A stretch of DNA of 59,775 nucleotides, filler included, from Sphacelaria rigidula (lineage: Eukaryota), in the NCBI GenBank assembly GCA_964200075.2. It is 10 parts of 10 records of this genome, joined end to end, with 100 filler letters (N's around TTAATTAATTAA, not from the genome) between each part and the next. Parts side by side here need not be neighbours in the genome. Positions count along the whole stretch, not along the records: positions 1 to 5,888 come from CAXNAA020023718.1; positions 5,989 to 11,876 come from CAXNAA020023719.1; 8 more parts are not named here. The stretch is one strand, 5' to 3'. The position numbers were made by a program, and so were the translations under genes. The notes under the pieces were generated by a model. That model ran no database searches. It was not told where the DNA came from and saw only the letters and a list, made by a program, of their open reading frames with translations. Below are positions 1 to 11,976 of this stretch, piece after piece (within the stretch, counting starts at the first letter, position 1; each line of letters starts with the position of its first letter).

Positions 1-750
1 CATCACATCGGTCGATTAAACACGATGTAAAATGCAGTTCATGTCCGAACAGACTTGCAGCTCACCTGCACTGCTCCTTAGACAAACTCCATCCACATGA
101 TCCTTCCAGACGGAAATGAAACATTCCATCAAAAGACATTCCGTAGGCGAAGATAAAAAACCTTCAACCACAAGAAACACTCGTGTCTTTCTTGCGCACG
201 TACGAGCCTATGCATTTCGTAGTTACTGATCACGTTGACGCCAACAGCAGCAATCACCATCTCCTACAGTCAGTGCCCACAAACCGCACAAAGAGAACTC
301 CGCCGCGGGTCTGTGTGAGCAGGAATATACGAGGTTCACCTCATTCAGCGTATAGCAATATATTGAAAACTGCCTCACCCTGACTCTTCGCCAAATACCA
401 TACGCACTAGCATAATGTAGCGAACATTCCACACATGCATGCTAGCATTTCACCCAGCACATGCAATGCGACCTTCCTCCTAGTAAACACCATGCATCAT
501 CCGTGCCAATCAGAGCAGCACGACACACACATCCTGAATATCCATATATACGCTGGAATTTCACCCTGCACACGCGGTACGATCATACTCGCTCAACAAC
601 CATGTTTCATGCGCAAACATAATCACAAACCACACAATAACAAGCTGCAATCAATCTCAAAACGATTCGCAAATACCATTCGTAATGTGTTTCCTCATTC
701 TCAACAACCACTCAATCACCTCAGCACTTGCTCAGCACCCAACGCGGCGT

Positions 751-1820
751 TCACCACAACAGCAAGCACTCCAGGTAATGCCTTCTTAGTAGTCCTCCAG
801 CCTGCTCCTGAGAAACAGCAGCACTCGAGTCCACAGCGTAGAGCAGCGTTTCCACTCGAACACTCGCTTCTCGCGCCATGAGTCCAGCTTCAGCGCGCAC
901 CCCCGTGGAGTCGCTCAGCTCGCTACTAAACGGTATATCGACACCGCCGAACCAATGCGACAAGCCATCTGTCTCCACAGATACTTCGTCAGTACTGAAC
1001 ACCTGTGCTTGAGTCAGTTTTACAGAGGAAACGAGAGGCGAAACGGGAACAGCTACACAGTCCCGAACAGCAACACCTCCTGAGGATACACTATCCTCCT
1101 CAAACACCCCGCGGCGCAGCAGTGGAGAAACCTCCACCATCGCCGCCAAACACGCCGAAGCTGTCCATGTAAACAGCAATGCGGACGACCACGGCAACAC
1201 CACGCAATCCAGCGAATCCACATCCGCCAACCCGGCATCCACTTTTCCTGCAAGCAGACACCCCTGCGAGTCATCTGAACAATCTCCCGACGAATCACTG
1301 GAGCAAATAAACTCGCCCTGAGCATCGCAGGCTCCAAGCTTGCTCTGCTCATGGAAGGTGTGTCCCCAATCACGCGCTTGTCTGGCGGCCACAAGCAACT
1401 AGGGCCTGTGCCTCTCAGCGCTAGCTCATCGGAGCGAATCGGTTTCGCGCTTTCAACAGCAGCGGCAGCAGCGGCGGGATCAAATGTACCCGCTTCAGCC
1501 ACCACTTCCTGCCCAGCGTCTTCCTGAACGGCGACAGCGGCAGCTGAGCTGCCTGCAGTCCGCTCGAGCTGCGTGGCATGTTCGCACTCTTCAACAACAA
1601 TACCAGCAGCATCCGAACCAGTGCTCACTGTGGTACTGTCGGCGAGCGCGCTCTCATGCCTACCTGCTTTGACAGACCCCTGCTGTGTCTCCTTCCTGCT
1701 CTGCATAGTGGAAACAGCTGCCCTGTATCGTTGCTTGAGACGCGCACCGCCTACTGCACGTTCAGCGGGTGCACTGTCGTGCCTGTGCCCTTGGGCAGAC
1801 ACATGCTTTTCGGCTTTCAC
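751..1820 (-). other. Overlapping low-complexity ORFs (1053-1820 and 751-1398), probably a decayed TE-associated ORF, cut off near 1881 by an LTR
   Basis: Two overlapping minus-strand ORFs rich in Ala/Ser/Glu with no splice pattern and no motif I recognise. Internal ~50-bp direct repeat at ~1718-1767 and ~1831-1880. Confidence 0.25.
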
Positions 1821-1881
1821 GGTGCGAGTAGCTACCCTGTATCATTGTTTCAGACGCGCACCACCTACTGCACGTTCGGCA

Positions 1882-2420
1882 TGTGAAATAGTCCACCTCT
1901 AGTACACGTACAGATGCATGGAGAGCTGCAGGTTCATCCATGGAGGTTTGGATTCGAACTTTGCATCATGATATGAGGTCATGAAATATTCTCTGGAGTA
2001 TGACCATGACTGCTTGGCAGTAAATATTTTCGAGGAGGTGCAGCATGTCGCTTACGATAACGAAGGCTGTGTGTATGTGAACGACATCTATTTCGGAGTC
2101 TCCACGCCCTAGTACGGGAGGAAGCCCGTGGAGCAGTCTTGTGATCTTGTTCTGAGTCCAGGAGGGGTCTATGATGAACGTTTCTTCAGGGAATCCGCTG
2201 GTTCCTAGCAAAGTGTTTTTCGGCTGCGGACAGTCTCTGCAAACACAAAATTTGTATTGTACACAGACAGGTGTGCAGTCTGGAACGCGAGGCACCTCGT
2301 TGCAGCTCGTTGACCAGAGGGACGGCTACGCTGGCTGGAAGCATCGCGTGCAGCTAGAAAATAATGTCAGCGCGCAGGAAAGGAGGTGGGAGCGATGCAG
2401 GTGATGAGGTGACGTTTACA
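1882..2420 (+). mobile_element. LTR copy A (539 bp, TGT...ACA) of a Ty3/gypsy family, plus ~33 bp of downstream internal sequence to 2453
   Basis: Reverse-complement match to 4673-5211 along its length. Starts TGTGAA and ends TTTACA. Homology with copy B continues to 2453/4640. Confidence 0.75.
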
Positions 2421-2569
2421 TTTACTGAGCTTATGCCAGGTGGATCAGGAGTGATCCCAAAAACAAATGCGAGGCCCTATGCCGATTTTTCGATCGTAGG
2501 TGTTTTCGTGGGGGGGGGAGGGGGGGAAGGGGGGGAAGGGGAGGAACTTACTCCCCAGCCGTGTATGCA

Positions 2570-2925
2570 CTCATCCAGCGAAGACAGAACTTCTCGGGCG
2601 TTGCAATCGCCGCTCTTGCTCACACTACCTGAAAATTGCAGTACACGAGCCCGAGCGCCACCAATGTTGCGATGCAGCGTATCACCCACGCCATTCTGAC
2701 CGGTAAGTACGCCCTCGGCCGAGCCTTTACCTCCACAGCAACAGGTTTGAATTTCACTTTCAAGTGCTCGACGCGAGCAGGCGGATAATCATGCAGCACT
2801 CGCCTTAATATGCTCGCTCTGTTCTGTATAGGCTCACGAATCTGGCTCACGTCGCTCTTCGTTCGATATGTCGTCATCCGCGGCGGCTTGTAGCGCCTCC
2901 TCCGGCGCAACATCAAGCTCAGCAA
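2570..2925 (-). pseudogene. Ty3/gypsy reverse transcriptase, N-terminal fragment (truncated)
   Basis: Translation PARVEHLKVKFKPVAVEVKARPRAYLPVRMAWVIRCIATLVALGLVYCN matches the pre-RT/RT start of gypsy pol. It has stops and ends at a G-rich tract (~2510-2545). Confidence 0.75.
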
Positions 2926-3062
2926 GCTCTTGTTCCGGGGATATGCTCATCGCCGGACTCCTTGACAAGAACCGGTCGACTGAGGAATTAACAGACTTCG
3001 CCCGACCTTCTGGTTGCTGTAAAGCGTCAACCGCGATACTGACACGCCGACAGTCCGTAAAA

Positions 3063-3400
3063 TCAGGGGTATTTACACCTCGCACCTAAACTACTGTACA
3101 CATCAATGCCCAGCGCCTCCAGCGTAGGGCTCCCCATGATGATCACATCATCTAGACCCGGCATGACCACACGTGAACATGGGTCCAGCACAACCGGTCC
3201 CCAGCTATTGTGTAAAGCGGTTCGGACAGGGCAAGTTTTCTGCTTCACGCGCTCAAGATTGCCCCTACACTCGGTACAGACAAGTCGGCAAGACACCATC
3301 TTTCCTCTTTTTCTACGCGTATACCCTCAGATTGAAAACCTGATACCTCACCCTGCTTCAGTGATCTCCACCGCGATATCGCCTCAGATGTCCAGCGCGG
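3063..3400 (-). pseudogene. Retropepsin-like aspartic protease remnant (gypsy pol)
   Basis: C-terminal protease motif VVMPGLDDVIIMGSPTLEALGI lies between gag and RT. Frameshifted; catalytic D-S/T-G not recognisable. Confidence 0.6.
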
Positions 3401-3538
3401 GACTGTTTCCCCTGTTTCCCCGGATACGGTCTGCTGTACGCCACCAGTAGAAATGACCGGTTCCGGCGGTAGCATCGCTCCACTGCTGGGAGCACCCCGT
3501 CCATCGGTTGAGAATAGAGCTCTTGTAGCGGCAGGCCT

Positions 3539-4653
3539 CTAACCCCCTGCTCGAGGCACCTGTCCAGGGTCCTGTGACAGCTGCTGCTGTTGTTGCTGCG
3601 TGTCGCCGGCCTTCGACTGCCCACCGGCAGTATGTTGTGGAGCAGCAGCTTGGCTGTGCTGCTTACAATCCTTCACGAAGTGGCCCTCGTCTCCACATGA
3701 GTAACAACCTCCATAACTTGGGTCCGGTTTCCGAGATTTCTCGGAACTGGCGGGCTCACTGCCAGTGGTCGCGGTTTTTTCTCCATTCGGTTCGGACTTT
3801 GACCCGGAGGTCCCGCTGCCGCTCTTCTCTTTCAGCTGCGGCTGGTGACGGCGCTGTTTATCAGGCGCTTCTATCGTCTTCCATGCCTCTGCTACTTCCC
3901 GAGCCGTGTCATACATGAGCCCAGGGTCCTCTTTCCATCCCCCCTTTATGTGAAGCATGTTGAACTCTTCTGTCATGGATCCAGGGGGAGACTTGCCGGC
4001 GAGCAATTCCCGCGTAATTATTCGAGCGGGTCCTGCTTTGAAAGTCTCGTCCTCGCGGAACGCGCGCTCGATGCTAGCGTTTTCGGCACAAGATTCCTCG
4101 AGGGCACCCCACTGTCCCTCGATCACACCCATAGCAGTCGGCTCGTTGCGAGCGGCCAACGCCTTCTGCACACCCGCTGCAGCAGCTGAAGGATCGATCT
4201 CTGTATCAATTCAACATGTTGCATGTCGGCCTCGTGTCTCCTTTAGATGTTCATCATCGAGTATCGATCCATCAAATATTGTACGTGATAAACACGCGCG
4301 AATGTGCTTGGGCACGAGTTCTGCCACAGTCAATAAAAGCAGCCTGTGGATCGATCGATCGGATCGATCTCTGTATCAATTCAACATGTTGCATGTCGGC
4401 CTAGTGTCTCCTTTAGATGTTCATCATCGAGTACCGATGCGTCAAATATTGTATGTGATAAACACGCGCGAATGCACTTGGGCACGAGTTCTGCCACAGT
4501 CAATAAAAGCGGCCTGTACTGTCTGCCCCTTATTGCTGACTTGTACGCTCTCTTCGTAATTCCTCCATATTTGAAAAACCCGTCTGAAGGCATCTCCGCT
4601 GAAGCGCCGTCCGTACTCCGGTGCTTTTTTGAGGAGGGGCACTCCTGATCCAC
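3539..4653 (-). pseudogene. Gag with CCHC zinc knuckle (disrupted)
   Basis: ORFs 4381-4653 and 3539-4171. CYSCGDEGHFVKDC fits CX2CX4HX4C. Starts immediately downstream of LTR copy B and is broken by a stop and a 170-bp duplication. Confidence 0.85.
4191..4517. repeat. Tandem duplication, period 170 bp, inside gag
   Basis: 4191-4347 and 4361-4517 both begin GGATCGATCTCTGTATCAATTCAAC and differ at only a few positions. Confidence 0.95.
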
Positions 4654-4672
4654 CTGGCATAAGCTCAGTAAA

Positions 4673-5211
4673 TGTAAACGTCACCTCATCACCTGCATCG
4701 CTCCCACCTCCTTTCCTGCGCGCTGACATTCTTTCCTAGCTTCACGCGATGCTTCCAGCCAGCGTAGCCGTCCCTCTGTTCAACGAGCTGCAACGAGGTG
4801 CCTCGCGTTCCAGACTGCACACCTGTCTGTGTACAATACAAATTTTGTGTTTGCAGAGACTGTCCGCAGCCGAAAAAAACTTTGCTAGAAACCAGCGGAT
4901 TCCCTGAAGAAACGTTCATCATAGACCCCTCCTGGACTCAGAACAAGGTCACAAGACTGCTCCACGGGCTTCCTCCCGCACTAGGGCGTGAAGACTTCAA
5001 GACACTTGTTATTCATAAATACACAGCCTTCGTTATTGGGAGTGACATGCTGCGCCTCCTCGAACACATATACTGTCAAGCAGTCATGGTCATACTTCAG
5101 AGAATATCTCATGACCTGATATCATGATGCAAAGTTCGAATCCGAACCTCCATGGATGAACCTGCAGCTCTCCATGCATCTGTACGTGTACTAGAGGTGA
5201 ACTCTTGTACA
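4673..5211 (-). mobile_element. LTR copy B (5' LTR of the minus-strand gag-pol element)
   Basis: Inverted copy of 1882-2420. On the minus strand it reads TGTACA...TTTACA and is followed by gag. It interrupts an integrase reading frame at 5211/5212. Confidence 0.8.
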
Positions 5212-5888
5212 GCTCGCATCACATGGATCTTGGAATGCGATGCGGTGTCACTAACCCACACCTCCGGCGGACCCAACGCCTTGCACCACGCCAGCAGATG
5301 CTGCGCCGTCGCTGCAGCTGTACAAGACTCGGTGGGCGCCAACCACGTGAAATTGCACAGATCATCCATCATTATAAACATGTACTTCTACCCGTTGCCT
5401 TCATCTAGGCCGCTCTCGCCCAGCGGACAGCTTTCGCCAACGTACAGATAATCAAAATGCATCATCTCACCGGGCCGTGCGCCATGCACTGTCTCCCCTA
5501 GTGGCCATGGGACCGTCTCACCCGCTTTCGAGTCCACACAATGCAAGCATTTCCTCACAAAATCTGTCCCATGAGCTTCCATCCGAAACCGACAGCAATA
5601 CTCTTGCAGCCGCTGCAGTGTCGCGACAACACCCTGATGGTCCGCCTCCTTCATGTGAGCAGACACCATCAAGCGTGTTGGCAGCTCTTCTGCTTGCGGC
5701 GGGATCCACAACACATTCCGCCCTGCTACATGCACGCGAAATATACCTTCATCATCTTTCGAAACTCGCCCAGCAACTGGTGCAAGAGTAGGGGCTCCAG
5801 CGGCCATCACTCCGAACCCGGCTTGAGTCTGCTCTTGGGCCTAACGAATAGCGTTCTTCGACGGCAGCGTTTCATCAGGCTAACCGCT
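5212..5888 (-). pseudogene. Ty3/gypsy integrase fragment (HHCC finger + rve core) of an older element
   Basis: AHMKEADHQG...CLHC zinc finger, MHFDYL (first D) and VWVSDTASH (second D). The frame stops abruptly at the LTR boundary. Confidence 0.9.
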
Positions 5889-5988
5889 NNNNNNNNNNNN
5901 NNNNNNNNNNNNNNNNNNNNNNNNNNNNNNNNTTAATTAATTAANNNNNNNNNNNNNNNNNNNNNNNNNNNNNNNNNNNNNNNNNNNN
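5889..5988. other. Artificial contig linker
   Basis: N44-TTAATTAATTAA-N44. Confidence 0.99.
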
Positions 5989-7986
5989 CCCCCCCCCCCC
6001 CCCCTATCGTAGGATGACTCAGGTAGCTTGTTTCATTCAAGCTGTACGGTTTTGCTCTTTCGATCGGCCGCTGCTTACACACAGCCGAACACCAGCTCAC
6101 GGTTTTCTCTCGAACATCTTGTATTTTCGGCCCTCGTTTTCACTTGATATTTGTGTACATGATTTAGCGGTGTAATACACCAAGGTAGTTACACAGCTTC
6201 TTAGACAGCTGTTCTCTCTTTCACTCGGAGTGTAACAGACATCCCGACTCGAGTTAGCTGGAGGTGTTCGATGTGTCATACAGTACCCCCGTTGGTTTCA
6301 GGCAGTGGCAACCGAACCATGAAGCGCTCAAGGTACGAGCGCACACGTCAGCCCTCTCTATCTGCACAAGCATATTCCCCGCACTCTGCAGGTCATATCG
6401 ACGGTACAAGCCAACCCACTGTGGCGGATGCGCTCCCTCTGGCAACGTTTTATACCGCACAGAGTACGCATAGCGTTTTCATGCACACTCGATCTGAAGT
6501 GCCGTGTCCTTTTTCACCCGCGGGCGGTTCTCGGATAATAGAGCCACTCACACGTTCCTTGTTTAGATACGCCCCTCAAGGGTCCGTAGCTTTTTCACCG
6601 CCCTCCCGACCACCTGCCCCCGCAAGCGCCCCTGCTCACAGTCCGTCGATTCTGTATCAACCGAATCGACCGACATGTGTCCAAACGCACGCCGATTCAT
6701 GCTCGCAGGTAAAGAGTTCGCGGGCTATTTCAATCGCCGCCCGCTGTACATACGACTTTTCTTGCCCAAACACGGAACGTGAAGCCACCATGCGCACCGA
6801 ATTATATCGATGCGACATGATGGACCAGGATAAGAATGTTGTCTGTACACGAGCATGATTGAACACGGCGATGCGCGAGGCTCATGTTACTTGTACACAA
6901 GCGCCCGACTCTGTGCTTTTGTTACTTTTGCACGGCACCAGTGTACACTACGGTTTGATTTCCGCCCCACCAACACGCATTACAGTACATACTTGGTCGT
7001 CTAGAAGGCCACTCACCTTTCCCGTTGAAATATTGTTCCGAATTGAAGTACCGACGACAGTACAGCACCGTTTGAAATACAAATGGGCCCAGCGGGGAAT
7101 ATCTTGCGGGCGGTGAGGTGCCGTACTGTAGCATGCGTTGGTACTGCTACACTATCTGAACGAAGTAATCTATATTGCATTGTAGATGAAAACACGGCGC
7201 GGGCATAACGTTGTGTCGGATTTGTTTTTCATGTGATGCGAACAAATTGATATCGTAATGCACTGTCGACCACGCCCGCTGGACCACGTGAAGATCATGT
7301 GTACTGTCATCGTTGTCTGGTGCTTTTTACGCTGCTGTCTGCACTGCACCACACATTTGTATTTCGGTTGTGTTTGTACATTTATTAACAGTCTACCTGT
7401 ACGATGTACGTCACCAAGACTCCAACTCGGCTATTTTCAGTGAACTAGGCGGTGCTGTTATATGAGTATCACCAGCTGCGCTGATTTTGCCTCTGGAAAT
7501 ACGATACGGCATCCGACAGTCGTGTTTTTTTCTCTCAACCTCAACATGTTCTCAAGACAGAACTGAGCGGTTGACGTTGCGGTTCGCTGCGTCCCACACG
7601 TATATCCCTTCATGGCATACAGGCTTGTTAATGCGCTGTTGCGCTGGTGACAGACACTGTATGTCTGTTGCTTGTGACAACCTTCGTGTTCTTGTCTCTT
7701 GCTGTTACAATTTATTCCAACACACACGCACACCTACGGTTTGTTGTGTGCCTTCGACATATTTGTTTTTCTTTCTCTCTTGTCTGCACCTGATTGACAA
7801 GGTGGTAGACCTCATGCATGTACGGAGTGCGCGGAACTACATGTCGATCGACTGTCGACAGTACCCTGCCACCCTGTTCCTTTTATTTTTGTTCACGCCG
7901 CCTCAGTCCTCAACAACGATGCTCCATTCCACTTCGAAACGTTCATTTTTCAACCTCTGCACCTCTACGTTACCGGTTTGGCGCAA

Positions 7987-10900
7987 ATTGCGCAGGTGTA
8001 CAAGCAATGTCTGATATCAACCGCCCTTCGACTTCGTTGGAGCACGATGTCACGAAGAACGGTGCGATCCCTACCGACGCTGGTGAACAACCGTACAAGT
8101 CAACCCAAACCATGCGTAGTGAGACGGTTGACGACAACAAACCGGACTGTTTCGACGATGATAGCGTTCTTGAAGCACGTATTTTCAGAGATGTGGCTGA
8201 CGAATTCGATGAGGACCGCAGTTCTCCCCATGCTCACCCCCCTCCCTCAGTGAACATACCACTACACACCAAGCAGCCACCCAAAACACTGACGCTGTTC
8301 CCACTTTTCATTCTCAGATGGCATCTCTTCACGTGAGCCCTGATGCTACGAAAACCTTTCCTGGCGATAACCTCCGCACCCAAACCGGTGTTGAATCCTC
8401 TGATCGCCCCCCTCTGGCTTTTGATCCGTCGTCCACATTGAAACAATACCTGCCCACGAATGACGAAAGACACGACCGGCTTCGGCAAAAGCGTCCGGCC
8501 TTCATTCCACCGCGCCATTGGTACAACTTCTCAAAGGCTGAACAAACAGCGTGCTGGGATCAGATCCGCAGTAACGATCTAGCACACCACATGGAACTCG
8601 AGCACAGAGAGCTGGAATTTGCCCGCCTACAGGTATCTACAATGGTCCAGGAGCCCGCTCAGGCCCCCATAATTTAGATGTCCACCCCGAAAAAAAGCCA
8701 ACAGAACAGAACGAACTAGAACGCGCGATACGCACATCCACAAAGGCTCTGGAAATTGCGGAGCAAGAATATAAAGTGTTGACAAGAAGACACTTGGAAG
8801 CTTCGCATCATTTTGAACTATGTTGGCAAGTCTGGCAATCACAACTGCGTTCGTACGGTCGTCTGCTCCGCCCCCAAGGCGACAACTGATTCACCGCCTG
8901 ACCCACCTGACCTGGCACACTTTCAACCACATGCACCGGCCCACTCACAAAACGGTAGACGTTTACACATGAGTGGACCTAGTGCCGCGGCTGAACCCCG
9001 CCAGGGCGGTACCCACACAGCACTGATGCTCACCTTACCACTTGACAACCTTTTGGGAACGTTCTACAAGTTGCGGAGATTCCAAATAGCATACAGTGGG
9101 GGTAACCCAAGACGCGTTGCTTAGCCCAAAAGCTAAGCCCCGCCACCTGCCCATTCATTTTTCTACTTCTGTAAGTCATTTCTCTTTTAGTTGGTACAAT
9201 TCCACAAATAGAAATATACAATGACCGGTAATTCACTGCAGAAGTACCCAACACTTTCATGTCAACAATTGTTTTTAGCTCGGCCAGGTCACGCACATCG
9301 CATGCACGAATCAACAGTGGCCATCGCGGGTTCAACCATGTGGTGTCTGTTCCCTGGTATGCTGACACTGCCTTGAAGGGTTCCAAGACAGTCGAAGCCC
9401 GTGCACCGTTGCATGGCTATCAATTGAGCAATGACCAAACCCAACGTTTTAACCCTGGATTTGATCACCAAGTCTTACATTCATCAGGTACTAATCATAT
9501 TCAATCGAATCCCCTCCCTTCAAAGGAGAGGAAGTCATGTAGTGCAGTTTCTAACGCATCAGGAGCCGAAATATCTTCTGATACGATAGACACTGCTGCT
9601 CCGACCGTTCATCGGAGAACACAAAATTCGAAGCCTCACACTCGAGCACCCCCCAATTGCTCAAGTGCCCGGCTAACCACCCTACCGAGTTCCGCAAAAA
9701 CTACGGTACCGGGTTCCCTTTTATTTTATGAGCGTAATTATTCCTTGAAGGGTCGCAACCGCAAAAAACCCATGCTTTCCGTCGCTCAGCCGGTTGGAAT
9801 GGAACCCCAAGTGACAGGACAGGTGGTGCGCCAAGAGCGTGACCTAGGCTCGACTGTCCAAGAACTCATTTCAATAGCTCCTGGAGCCGCCGATCCTTTC
9901 GTGCGCTACACGCGTCACCAGAGACGGGCTCCTCCAGATGATCGTGTAGATAACCCTGATGTAGCAAGCGCACGTGAACTTCAAGGAGGAGACTGCGTGT
10001 GGGCTCAGACAGATGAAAACCTCAGAGTGTAACAGGCCGGTACTCCCCAGATTTTGAACAGATCGTTACTGCTCCCTGACCACCCCGCGTGCACTACGTT
10101 AAAATCCATTTCCTATGAAGCGTTGTCGTCTGTAGGGACAGAGACTTCGCAGACTCATGGACGTTCGCATCCTAGTCATGAAGAGGCCTCAATCGTGTGT
10201 TCATCACCAGGCAAACAAAGTGTTATGCAAGACGACTCGTCTCCTAACTCGCCCACGTTGGCCCCTTTAATAGCCGCCGGGTTGACCAGTACAGCTTTAC
10301 AAACCCCGCGTCTTGACGAATCGTCGCCGAAACCTCCCATGTTGGCCCCAACTAGTGATGGTATTGAGTTGATTGGCGTATCAAACTCAACACCGCGCCC
10401 CGATGAATCGTCTCCTGTTCCAACCAAGCTGGATAATGTAATTGATCCCGCTTTGCACAATGACGATTCGCCCCCTCTATTGGCCAATAAGGGTGAAACA
10501 CCATGCACAGATCAGTTGTCGGGTTCAACCACGACAACTGCCCTTCTCCAGCATCGCCCCTTCGTTGCAGTATATGAGATTCAACCCTCGACTGATGGGA
10601 CAAATACTTCAGACACACACTGACACTCCATGCACGCACCATCCTTCCGACCAAAAGCTTGTCCCACATGATCATAAACGGGTGTATTTTAGCACCTTCG
10701 TTCAAAACGCAAAGCAGGATGTGTCAGATGTCATACCCGAATTCGGGCCCGATCTCGTCAGTGGTACTGTAACTCTGGATGATGCTTCTTTTACGACCAA
10801 GATAGGTTTACATGGTGGAACGCGTGCAAGCTGTCATTTGTTAGCTCTTGCACTACCAGACTCTGGTTCACCTCAAACGTTTATTACCGCCAGCTTCTGG

Positions 10901-11876
10901 CAACAGATGATCAACGCGGGCGCGGCGGACGAGCATTGTCTGTCCACCCTGCACCCTCGTGTGTTTGGTGGCTTTGGTTCCTCCACATGTCTTACGGTTA
11001 ATCAATCGGTGAGACTAAGTGTACAATTCTACCAGGATACTTCTCCCACTGCTCGGTTGTCCGTCGGGGCACTAATTGGGCCCGACGGTTCCGTGTCTTT
11101 TGGCGTTTTGTTGGGTCGACATAGTTGGCTTCGTTTTTCCACACACACGAAAACGACGGACACACCTGTCCCGAACCGTCCAGTTACAGGCAAACTGTCT
11201 CTGGGTCACTTCGACACTGATTCGGGAGCTCATGCTTACGAGGATGATTCCACGCAAACAGGTAATGCTTTCCGTCTCTACTATGTTGGTGAACCGGTAA
11301 TCTCGCTTTCTTGTAAACCCCAACTAATACAAGTGAACCTCGTGAGACGCAATGGATCGCCCGTCCTCACAGGACATTATTTGATCGAGTTGCTCAAACC
11401 TGACCAAGCACAGGTTGGTCCGTTTGAACAGACCGAAGTCTTCGTCCACGAAGGTAGGCAGGCCATTTACCTCACGTCCTCTGCATGTTTCGATAAACTC
11501 AACGGTCAGTTGTTGGGTTATGCTCAAGCGCCTCTCATACGAACCGCCCTGACAGATGTGTGCCCCCCGGCGAACAACAACTGGTCGACCGACCCCCCGA
11601 AATCCACGGGCCCCCCTCCGCTACATATGCCTGACCCCATGGTGGTGACAAATCCACCAGATGCGCCTGATCCTCAACCCCCAACTGCATTACTGGAAAT
11701 ATTTTCTTCAGAACAACGCGCCAGTTTTCAAACGTTGTGGGATGACATCCCCCCTAACTTACGGCATATTGTTTTTGATATATCTGGCGATGGTTGGACA
11801 CCCACTGTAATCGATAGATTGGGATCCATCTTGATTAGATACTCTGAACGGTTTTCTACTGTACCCTTGGATTTAG
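7987..11876 (+). mobile_element. Degenerate Ty3/gypsy-like retrotransposon internal region (gag-like ORFs to protease)
   Basis: Chain of intronless, interrupted + strand ORFs (from ~7987, 8318, 8813, 9259, 10054) leading into the protease ORF. The contig ends just before RT. The upstream ORFs are assigned by position only. Confidence 0.6.
10622..11876 (+). CDS. Gypsy pol N-terminus: retropepsin protease and linker, open to contig end
   Basis: LALPDSGSPQTFI (D-S-G catalytic motif), GVLLGRHSW (hydrophobic-LG motif) and ILIRYSERFSTVPLDL (typical pre-RT segment). Start is uncertain; the ORF track frame opens at 10442. Confidence 0.75.
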
Positions 11877-11976
11877 NNNNNNNNNNNNNNNNNNNNNNNN
11901 NNNNNNNNNNNNNNNNNNNNTTAATTAATTAANNNNNNNNNNNNNNNNNNNNNNNNNNNNNNNNNNNNNNNNNNNN
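11877..11976. other. Artificial contig linker
   Basis: N44-TTAATTAATTAA-N44. Confidence 0.99.

Noticed and set aside
1882..5211. DIRS-like (inverted terminal repeat) tyrosine-recombinase retrotransposon
   Set aside because: It has a protease-like region, a gypsy-type RT start and TG...CA LTR ends. No tyrosine recombinase or internal complementary region is seen.
6231..7709. Possible 1.5-kb LTR bounded by TGTAACAG/CTGTTACA
   Set aside because: Only an 8-bp inverted match, with no second copy and no adjacent PBS. The boundary cannot be supported.
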